DNA of 64,000 nucleotides from Octopus bimaculoides (lineage: Eukaryota), in the NCBI RefSeq assembly GCF_001194135.2, contig NC_068999.1:54372715-54436714 (forward strand), written 5' to 3'. The stretch's first letter is position 1; every line of letters begins with the position of its first letter. Below, in pieces: positions 54,210-64,000 of this stretch. The translations under genes were made by a program, and so were the position numbers. Below the pieces are notes generated by a model. It was not told where the DNA came from. It saw nothing but the letters and a program-made list of their open reading frames with translations, and did not search any database.

Positions 54210-56046
54210 GGGGGTGACCCCCTTCGATCATGAATGACCATGGAATTGCACCTAGAAAGTTACCCACCAAGGTACAAGTCTGGGCAAGGTTGTTTATGGA
54301 AGACCAACTGTCACCCATGTATACCAGCCTCCCCTCTTCACACCACCGATGTTATCCAAGGGAAAGGCATATAGATATATATATAAATCAGCATATTAGT
54401 AAAATACTTCCAGGCAACAGTTTATTAAAAGTAATATTGGAAAATAAGATATTATTTATGGAACTGTTAGTTAAAGAATAGTCTACCACAAAGGAGCGTC
54501 TTGCTCTATTATTGCTTTGCAACGTTTACTCCAATGACCAACCAAAAGTGATGACATAAGCCAATTTATTTTTGCTGCTGGTCTGGATACCACTGCACAA
54601 AATAAAATATTCTCAGTAGAGAAAAGTTGATTAATTTCCTTGATTGGTTAAGTCACAAGTATGTAGCTTTCATTTGAGAAAGAGTGAAACAAGTGCTACC
54701 TCCAAAGAACTTGAGCTCTGTGAATACCAGTTGTACTTAATTTTCATCCTTGAATCCCACATCCAGAAGACAAAAGACAAATAGGAGTGCTTGTAACAAC
54801 ATTATTAACAAGGTCACAAAATTAAGATGGCAGCAGTCTTCAGGCTCTGTGTTTTAATTGCCCTGGCTCCTTGATTCTTTTTAAACTGGGTACACCAACC
54901 CTGTATGAGAATGATCTAGCCCTTTCTGTTGACTGAGAACATGCTCTTAAACCAATTAGTGCTGACATAATCTATATTTTGGCATGGTTAGCTCCACCAG
55001 CCATTTGGAGACTAGCTGCCAGTTTGAAGAACATCTGTGGCACCAAATAGATAAATAACTAAACACTCCTTAAACATGTCTCTGTCTTTAGGGCTAACAC
55101 TACAACAAATGCCACAGGACCAACTCTGGAAAGAAAGAAACAGCAGTCTACTACTCTTGGCAACAATGTAAGTGATGACAGCTGAATAACTGTCCACTTA
55201 ATGTAAGTGTAAAGTGAACAGGGGAAAAAATTCTTTGAATTGAATTGGGGTTGGTGAAACCAGTGTAGCACTCAACAAATCGCACTCAAATTACACACAG
55301 TGTAATTAGGATTCAGCTCCTAATTACACCATGTGTGACTATTGCACAGTCACGGACTATGGAATAACTGTTGAGGCATTCTTTAAGAATCATTAACCTC
55401 TGTTGATTTTGCCATGTACAATGAAGATGCTGAGAAATTTTGTTCAGTCAAAACTGAACAAAATCTCACTGAATATGAAGTGGACTTGAAACTACAAATG
55501 AATGCATATGTATGTCGAGTGATTTTCCTCTCGTTTTTGTACTCAGTTGTGTATGTTTGTGTGTGTACTTTACAATCTTAGTATTGATTACACTTAATGT
55601 GTGTTACCTATATAGGTTATTGTGAGGATGTAGGAGGCATGGTGGTTGTAAAAGAAGTTCAGGTGCTTACAGTCATTGTGTTGTTCTCCATGAGTTAAGC
55701 ATATAACCCTGCTTTTTCTAGTTAGCCAACTTGAGCACAATAAATGAACAACCACCACTACTACTATACTCACACACTCACACACACACACACACCTTTT
55801 TAAGAGTGAGCCAATAATTAAACATTTAATTAAATGCCTAATTTGAGGGACACCTGTTCAGGCTTACATTTTCTGAAACAAAAATATCTTATTGAAATAA
55901 TTTTAATTATTTTTAGGCAACATAAACTTGGCTTATCACAAAGGGCTTTTCATGTGTATGTTGTAGCAGATTGTTAGAGACTGAAATAACTATAATTGGA
56001 ATGGTTTTCTTGTTGATTCCTTCAACTTCTGTTTGTTTCCTTTCAG

Positions 56047-56104
56047 GTCTTCAGAATCATCACAAAAGGTTCAATCTCCCGAAGATTGTAGCAGTGAGAT
56101 TGAA
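56047..56104 (+). CDS. eIF4A: eIF4A exon 2 ((AT|)G SSESSQKVQSPEDCSSEIE)
   Basis: Strong acceptor tttcctttcag and donor gtaagt; 58 nt, phase 2-0; ends in IE directly before SNYDEIV, like vertebrate EIF4A1 exon 2 (..GVIE|SNW). Confidence 0.8.
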
Positions 56105-57162
56105 GTAAGTTTTTATCACTTTTTATAACTTGTTTTATAGCTATATATTTGTCTAAAACTTGGTGAATCATTCCAATACTACTTACAAGTTTCTTAAATG
56201 TGTTTGGGTGATTAAAAAAAGACAAGCTGGACTTAATCATGAGCTTCAAACAAACAATCTATCATGTGTATTAAGTACTTTATTACTCATATACCTACAC
56301 ACATGCTGGCATAGTAAAACAAGGTTATAGCCATAGCCTTGTGGTTGAGAGGTTAATTTCACAACCACTTGGTTTCAGGTTCAACCCTATTGCATGGCAG
56401 CTTGGGCAAGTGTTTTTTGTAGTCATTGAGGGATTGGTAACATCACTATGTAATGCTTGAACATCTTTCATAATGTCCATTTTGTTGCAAGCATTTGAGC
56501 CAGGTCCTCTGATCTGAAGATAAATTCGTCTCACAAGCCTCAAAAGCTTTTTAAAGGCTCAAGTAGGTTTATATTTAAAACTTCAGCGTTTGAAAACAGT
56601 TAAATAATACAGATATATTGATTTTACTGGGGTAGGGTCTAACTTTCTATTTAGATAAATTTTGAAGGTTTGGGTAACCCACATATGTAATAAGCCTCTC
56701 TAGGTTAGTTTTAACTGAGCTGACCGTTAATCAAAGAGTTTTATATTTTTTAAATTTTATTTTAGAGCTACACTATTCAATATCTCCTTTTTTAAGAAGG
56801 TGGTTTTAGTTTAGAGAGAGTTTTGGTTAACATATTTGTTGAGCATTGCATGATTGAGAAGTATACTTTTTGATCTCATTGCACAACACCTTGGGGGAAG
56901 TGTCTTCTAACATAGCATCGGGTCAACCTAAACCTTGTGGATGAAAATGAGTTGATGGAGATAGTGTAGAAGCCCATCAAATGAACTAACTGAAAGAATT
57001 GTCCTTGATACATATTATCACTGTGAGCTCTCTCAGAGTTACCTTAAAGCTGAGTGTAAAATATTCTGCCACTTCAGCTATGAAAAAATATTATTGGGAT
57101 TACTAAATTCTGGAATGAATTTAATAGCTCTCTGATAATTAAATTTTGTTTAATATTTCTAG

Positions 57163-57295
57163 TCAAACTATGATGAAATTGTCTCTACATTTGATGAAAT
57201 GAAATTGCGGAACTCACTGTTAAGAGGGATATATGCTTATGGTTTTGAAAAGCCTTCTCTTATCCAGCAAAGAGCAATTGTACCTTGTATAAAAG
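57163..57295 (+). CDS. eIF4A: eIF4A exon 3 (Q motif, [21 protein letters not shown])
   Basis: ttctag/gtaaat, 133 nt. Confidence 0.97.
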
Positions 57296-57400
57296 GTAAA
57301 TATTAATTGGCTTTTTGGCAGTTACTTGTTAGTGCTGTTGTTGCCATTTCTTTTGACAGTCTTCATACATCATTTATTATTTAAATGAATAATGTTTGCT

Positions 57401-57433
<33 letters not shown>

Positions 57434-57496
57434 TATATATATATACATGTGTGTGTATCCTGCATTTTAACCCCAAAATACTTCCCAATTTTTTAG

Positions 57497-57636
57497 GTCA
57501 TGATGTTATTGCCCAAGCTCAGTCAGGCACAGGAAAGACTGCCACTTTCTCTATTGCCATTTTGGAACAGTTGGATATGGATCTCCATGAGTGTCAAGCT
57601 TTGGTCCTGGCTCCCACTAGGGAATTGGCTCAACAG
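57497..57636 (+). CDS. eIF4A: eIF4A exon 4 ([18 protein letters not shown])
   Basis: ttttag/gtaact, 140 nt; motifs I and Ia. Confidence 0.98.
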
Positions 57637-58958
57637 GTAACTCATTTCTTCATTTTTAATTCTCAGCATTATCCTACTAAAAGACATTCTACAATAGAAA
57701 GATACAAATGTTTTTTTATCACCATCAGTTAAATAAATGAAATGAACGAGAGATAATTATACAAAAATATGAAATTTATGCTCTATTGAACCAAAAATTG
57801 TTATGAGTCTGGGCAAAAAAACATGCTGATGTCCGAATTAGGTGAACTGTTTAACATGTGAAATAAACAGAATAAATAAAGAGTCAATGAGAATGTCCCT
57901 GTGTAGTTGTTTTTATCTTTTGTCTTTTACTTGTTTCAGTCATTAGACTGTGGCCTTTTCTGGGGCACTGCCTTGAAGAATTTTTAGTCGAATAAATCAA
58001 CCTCAGTACTGGGTTGTTGTTTGTTTGTTTGCTTTTTTGGGGGGGGGGGTTAAACTTGATATTTAATATATTGGTCTCTTTTATCGAACTGCAAACTTAC
58101 AGGAACATAAAGACACCAACACCAGTTGTCAATCAGTGGTGGATAACAAACACAGACACAAAATGTGTGCACATGCACACGCACACAAATATATACAACA
58201 GGTTTCTTTCAGTCTCTGACTACCAAAGCTACTCCCATGGCTTTGGTCAGCCTGAGGCTATAGTAGAGGACATTTGTCCAAGGCACTACACAGTGGGACT
58301 GAACCTAAAACCATGTGGTTGGAAAGCAAACTTCTTACCACACAGCCATGCCTGTGCTGTCCCTTGACTTACTGAAAATAGTAGCCAGACCCTTTAAATA
58401 CAGTATTGTGTTGGATAACGTAGAACATTTGTAATCAATAGTTCTGACTGCTCCATTAGGAATGACTTAGAAGAAAACAACAACAGGACAAAGTTTCGTC
58501 TTAAAGGCAGCAAGCTGGTTGAATTGTTAGCGTACCAGGGAAAATGCTTAGTAGTGTTTTGTCCATCTTCATGTTCTGAGTTCAAATTCCACCAAGGTTG
58601 ACTTTGCATTTCATCCTTTTGGGATCGATAAAATAAGTACCAATTGAACACTTGGGTCAATGTAATCGACTTGGCCCTTCCCTCAAACCTGCTGGCCTTG
58701 TGTCAAAATTTGAAACTAAGAAGAGCATCCAGCTGTAAAAATCCTGCCAAAACAGTCACAGAAATCTGGTGCAGGCTTCTACCTGGTTGGCTCTTGTGAA
58801 ACCATCCCAACCATGCTAGTATGGAAGGCAGACATTAAACAACAACAATGATGATGATAATTAAGCCAAATATATTGTCTTCATTTCTTCAAAATTGCAT
58901 CTTTCTTTAGTTTTCTTGATCTTAACTAATCTAACAATTTTATTCTCAAAATCCTCAG

Positions 58959-59124
58959 ATTCAGAAAGTCGTTGTGGCTCTTGGAGATTACATGGATGCA
59001 AGATGCCATGCTTGTATTGGTGGAACAAATGTTCATGATGATAGGTTACAATTATGTGAAGGTGTTCACACGGTTGTTGGAACTCCTGGACGTGTTAGTG
59101 ATATAATCCATCGAAAATGGCTTG
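58959..59124 (+). CDS. eIF4A: eIF4A exon 5 ([16 protein letters not shown])
   Basis: cctcag/gtaagt, 166 nt. Confidence 0.97.
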
Positions 59125-60066
59125 GTAAGTTTACTGATTATCACACCATGACTATTTTCTCTTTCAGTAAGGTGCCAGTGGATGATCTCACTCGAGCAGT
59201 CACCTTTCTGCATGGGCCAAAGATTCTCTTAATCGAGTCATAGAATTCATATGCTTTGTTCTTGACTGCAAAACATGTATGTCTGTGTGTATGTGCATAT
59301 AAAAGCATTTTTGATGTATAACAAAACAAAAATGACCTAAAGTGTTTTAAATGACTATCATGAGACTTTATTTTCCACAGTGTCTTTGTTTCAACACAAT
59401 CTCAAATCAGCTTAGCTGCCAAACAAATGCAACTCTGAAGTTTAAAAACCTAATTTCAAATATTTCACTCAGAGACTTTAGTTGCCAGTTGTAGATAGTT
59501 GCAGATAAACTTTCACTGCAGCACAGTGAAAACTACCGTTTTTGGATTAAAGATTTGACTTGAATTCAGTTATTGTTTTGCCCTAGGTGGGTCCTGATCT
59601 AGATGGCCTAATCAAAACATTCCTACCATGAGCATTCTGTCTTTTATTTAAACATAATGTATTTGGGACTAAATTATATAATGTATCCCTTTTTATAATG
59701 GTAGGGTGTAATTGGAGGAAGATTTAGTTGGTGTTTGTAACAAGTTGAGCGACTGCATAGAGGCCTTGTTGGCTCCATCTGGATTCAGTAAAGTAAGCTG
59801 GTGACCATCCTGACTAGACCATCCTTCTCTTGCATTTCTGTTGTGACTGCTGTAATGTTTGTATTTATGGATCCATTTTATAAGGAAGAACAAAAATGAC
59901 AGGGTAACATGTTGAAAGTTTTTTTTAACCAAGATGGTGAGTGAATATTGAGGTAATATGTTGAAATTTACTCTATAGCTAAATAAACTTAAGATGCTTT
60001 TTTTCCTAGACTTAATACAGTTGATGTTTCAATGATTTACATAACTTTTTTTCTTTTGATTTTTAG

Positions 60067-60176
60067 TAACTTCCCATATTAAAATATTTGTCCTTGATGA
60101 AGCAGATGAGATGTTGTCCCGAGGTTTCAAAGATCAAATCTACAGTGTTTTTAGATACATGCCCCAGAATGTTCAG
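60067..60176 (+). CDS. eIF4A: eIF4A exon 6 ([18 protein letters not shown])
   Basis: ttttag/gttagt, 110 nt; DEAD motif. Confidence 0.98.
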
Positions 60177-61457
60177 GTTAGTCAGTTTATTTACTTCCAA
60201 CTCTAATCATTGACAGTCTGTCTTGTCACACTGGTTTATGAGTCAAATGTTGCTGCAGCCTCAGTCATGTCAGTTACAGCAAAGCACATGTGTTTAGCTT
60301 TTCTAGAGGTCAAACATTCTGCAGTTACCTGAGATTTGTGAGTTAAATTTAGATAAATTAAACTCTCTGATACACTTATGCATATATGTAAGAGAAATAG
60401 ACTTAAATTTTTTTTTTTTAAAGTACTAATGCAAATAATGGGTATGGACAAAATCTAAAAGAATATGATCGTGTTAATGCAGTAAATTGGCAGAGTTGGT
60501 GAAACATTAGGTAGGATGCTTTGAATTTGTTCCAACTCTGTGATCTGAGTGTGAATTTATTTAAGGTCATCTTTACCTTTTGTTCTTTTGGGATTGAGAT
60601 AAAATACGATAGGACAGTGAGTTGATGGAGTTTCTAGTGTCAGTTTCTGTTCTGACTGCATTATAAGTTCAAATCCTGAACCATCACTGAAAAAAAAATT
60701 CTATTTCTATTAGGAGTTGCAACTGACAAAGTTTGCTTGGCAATTACATGAGTCTGGGTTTGATCCCTCTGCACAATGCCTTGAGGAAAGGCTTTGGGAA
60801 GACAAACTGTGTGAAACCCTTCAGTCTATGTACTTGTTCTTTAGTGTTAGACTTAATTTATCATCTTGTTTAACTCTTAAATTCCTGTAGTGCTTTCATT
60901 ATAATCATTTTAATGTCCACTTTTCTATGCTTGCATAGATCAAAAGAAATTCATTAAGGCAGCCTGATGCATTTCTTGTTGCCAACCTTCACCTATTTCC
61001 AAGCATGGTTATAATCCTAGTTTATCAAGTAATGAACAGCCCAAACATGGTTAAAGGAAGGTTTTTGTTTTAAAGATTTACTTTTCTTTTTTATGATGTC
61101 TGAATATCTTGGGAATATTGTGATGATTTATTATTACATGCCTTAGACATTAGTATACCACTAAATACTGTCTTCATGTAGTGCTCAAAAATACAGTGCA
61201 TTGTAGTGCTTTCCTGCTAATGATTGGATTTGTGCATTTTGTTAGTATTCAGTGACATCATTTCTTGTAGAAGACCTTTGTTTACAGCAGTGAGCACAAT
61301 ATTATTGGTACCTCTACACTGAATCTGCATATCAGAGTCAACTGAGAATTAGTAGTTAACTGCTTTTACTAGGTACAAAATGCAGTAATGTGGTAGTAGC
61401 ATGTACCCTTTCAATCTCAGATAATTATTACCATTTCTGCCTTTGTCGTTTCAACAG

Positions 61458-61601
61458 GTGATATTATTGTCAGCCACTATGCCACCAGATGTCTTTGAAG
61501 TCACCAGACAATTTATGAGGAAGCCTATTAAGATTTTAGTGAAAAAGGAAGAGTTGACTCTGGAAGGTATCAAACAATTCTTCGTTCACATTCAGCAAGA
61601 G
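61458..61601 (+). CDS. eIF4A: eIF4A exon 7 ([20 protein letters not shown])
   Basis: caacag/gtgagt, 144 nt; SAT motif. Confidence 0.98.
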
Positions 61602-62030
61602 GTGAGTCAGATATCAGTTTCTATTTATTTCTACATTTTTAAATGTCTATTTGTGACAAGAGTCATAATTGTAGACTGCATTTTGAACGAATCACATTAA
61701 TATTGTTTTACTGTTTTCTTAATATCATTTCACATGAATGTAGATCTGGTTGATTTGTTGGCATATAAATGCTAATTTCATCCTCCACATCCATTACTAC
61801 ACAGCTCAGCTAAACTTACAATTATCATTTTACAGGTAATTAACTGTTTCCTTGAAAGAGGAAATGTGTTTTTAATGTCTAACACTTTTGCTATTAGTCT
61901 AAGTATAAAAATACACTCTCTATGTATTATATGAATGTAAACTGACTTTGCATTTGATAGTGAGATTTTTCATTTCAAAACTAGTCTAATTAGTTACAAA
62001 TAAATGTAAAGTTATTTAAATTTCATTTAA

Positions 62031-62210
62031 CCCTTTTACTGTTGAAATACTCTTTCTTTGTTATTTTGAAAATTAACTGTTTTTATTAAGCTGTGATTAG
62101 GACAAATTAACACGAAATTTTGATGGAAGGTTATGATTGAGATAACTTTAAAACAGGAAATTTGTACCATAGAACCAAAAGCAGTCTCAAGAGGCATGAT
62201 ATTAAAAGGG
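62031..62210. mobile_element. Second piggyBac-like MITE family with TTAA duplication
   Basis: ttaa|cccttttact...attaaaaggg|ttaa. Confidence 0.7.
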
Positions 62211-63369
62211 TTAAATGATGCTATATAGCCAGTAGTCAACTGGGATTTATAACAGAATTATGGTATGGAATTGTGCACATTATTGAATTTTCGATTGAAC
62301 ATGAAATACTAGAATCTATTACTGTTTAGAGAAAACTACAAAATGAAATAAATTTAGACAAGCATAAATAAATATACAATTGCGCATTAGCTAATAAAGC
62401 AGGATTTTTCACTCACCTTGAAGATAAATTGAAATTTAAGGTGAAAAGATAAATTTCAAAAAGTGTTTTATAAAATTGACACAAACTAAATTAAATTATA
62501 TAATGACATAGATTAATATTTACATCATGAAAGGTATAAAGGGTTGGTGAATGGCTTGTGAGGGTCATGCAAGCCATATACCGAGATAGTCAGCAAAGTG
62601 AGAGCTAGCAATGAGTGGAGCAACATGTTCCAGGATTCATTCTTCATATCTTTTGTGGTTCTCTTGTGAAAACTCCTCCTATAGGCTGTAGTAGATTTAG
62701 TGACCTGGAAGTAAAACCTTTAATCAAAAGGACTCAAAGTAAGCTTAGAAAAGACTTATTTTATGTGGTTTACATACAAGAAGTATATGGAATCACAAGT
62801 GGCCTATTGAAGAGGTTAGACTTTGTATGCATCAGACACAGTAATAAGAGCATGTGGAGATTTTTAACTACCTGGATGGCTTCCTAGTTGTAGTTGGTAG
62901 CTTTTTGTTACCCAGGAAACAGAATTAACAGTAGAAATGAGTCTTGAAAGTTTAATACCCAGAACAAAACTTAGTGGGATAAGGTCAAGGACTTATTCTC
63001 TTCACTCTTAACTTAAGGTTTCTCTTTGAGTGACTTCACTTTGAAGTGTGATGCTGCATTAGAGCAAAAAATTAAGAAACCGTTCTTTGCTAGATGGGTA
63101 ATGTTTGTGTAGATGAATCACAACATAAATGAGTTGCACCAAAAAAGTCGAACTGCACTCTTCAAAACTTGCACCAAGAATAAGGACAAGTTAAAATTAC
63201 TACCTGCTTTTATAGCAAGTTGATGGAGGTAGTTTATCCCGTTCCCCTCTGACTTTTAGTTCATGCAATTGAAAAAACCACATTATTCATGGGATGACCC
63301 AGTACATATAGATGTCTTTAATGTTTCATGTTTGTTTATCATATTGCTATTCTTTTTCTGTAATTTCAG

Positions 63370-63507
63370 GAATGGAAACTAGACACGTTAATAGATTTAT
63401 ATGGAACTCTGACAATCACTCAAGCTGTTATATTCTGTAATACTCGTAGGAAAGTAGATTGGCTCACTGATCGGATGTTGGCAAAAGATTTCACTGTTTC
63501 TGCTATG
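63370..63507 (+). CDS. eIF4A: eIF4A exon 8 ([27 protein letters not shown]); the gene continues beyond the window
   Basis: tttcag/gtaatt, 138 nt. [24 protein letters not shown] and NTRRK diagnose eIF4A1/2 rather than eIF4A3. Confidence 0.97.
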
Positions 63508-64000
63508 GTAATTCCACTATTGTTTTTGTTGTTGTAGTTAATATTATTCTTATTGTATTCAACTTCATTATGCAACCAGTTGATAATTTTATAAAGCCTT
63601 GTGTTTTTGAAAATAAGTCACTTGTCATTTCTTTTTCCAAGACATCAGGTACAGGCATGACTGTATGGTCAAGACGTTTGATTCACAACCACATGGTTGT
63701 AGGTGAAATACCATTGGACAGCAACTTAAGTGACTTCTATAACTTTGGGTTAGATAGAAACTGTGCTAAAGCCTGTCATAGAATGTATTTGTTTTTGGTG
63801 CAGCACCACTGGTTAAAAAAGGCAGTACTGTGTTAAAATATAGACTGATAAAATGGGGTGCATGCACACACACAGACTTTCATACAGTTCATATCGCCAA
63901 TTTTACAGTTGAAGGCTTCAGTAGAAAACACTTTCTTAGAATAAGATAACTTGAGACCCTGTGCTAACAGTTTATCATATTGGTTTCAAATTTTGGGACA

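Noticed and set aside
59150-59230. Strong-looking acceptor (ttttctctttcag|taa) that would add a PTC exon
   Set aside because: It is only 43 nt from the exon 5 donor, probably too short for an intron, and I saw no matching downstream donor.
62615-62887. 90-aa intronic ORF
   Set aside because: It has no splice-compatible phase or recognisable domain and is probably a very old retroelement relic.
57296-64000. Intronic snoRNAs, expected because vertebrate EIF4A1/2 host several
   Set aside because: No convincing C/D pair with terminal stem or hairpin-H-hairpin-ACA was found by eye (weak candidates at 59169-59280 and 63200-63310). An Infernal/snoReport scan is needed to exclude them.
1-64000. CRISPR arrays, rRNA or prokaryotic operon-like systems
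   Set aside because: None seen; the window is spliceosomal-intron eukaryotic DNA and its repeats are SINEs, MITEs and microsatellites.

Overview
AT-rich, intron-rich, repeat-dense animal genomic DNA. The SINE/MITE repertoire and (TA)n/(CA)n load look like an octopus (cephalopod) genome, which is my inference from repeat recognition. Three protein-coding loci were read by hand. (1) The first 60 codons of an unidentified minus-strand gene start at 180 and run off the window start. (2) A complete 11-coding-exon TAF6 lies on + at 15659-40200; exon lengths sum to 1866 nt (621 aa + stop) and every intron is GT-AG and phase-consistent. (3) The 5' three-quarters of an eIF4A1/2-type DEAD-box helicase lies on + at about 46400-63507 (297 codons) and continues past the window end. 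The rest is decayed Penelope-like, RTE, CR1-like and RLE-type retroelements, a DD37D (maT) transposon, Tigger, mariner and piggyBac-like MITEs, many SINEs, a tRNA-Arg(CCT)-like sequence in TAF6 intron 6, and two assembly gaps. The most unusual observation is at the eIF4A 5' end. The start codon appears to be assembled by splicing (AT|G across a 9.6-kb intron). That intron also holds further candidate cassette exons that begin with G and end with AT, so each junction would regenerate an AUG and set different uORF states. The same eIF4A has Ser at the residue equivalent to human F163 in the rocaglate/pateamine pocket. No transcript data were available, so all splicing models come from sequence alone.
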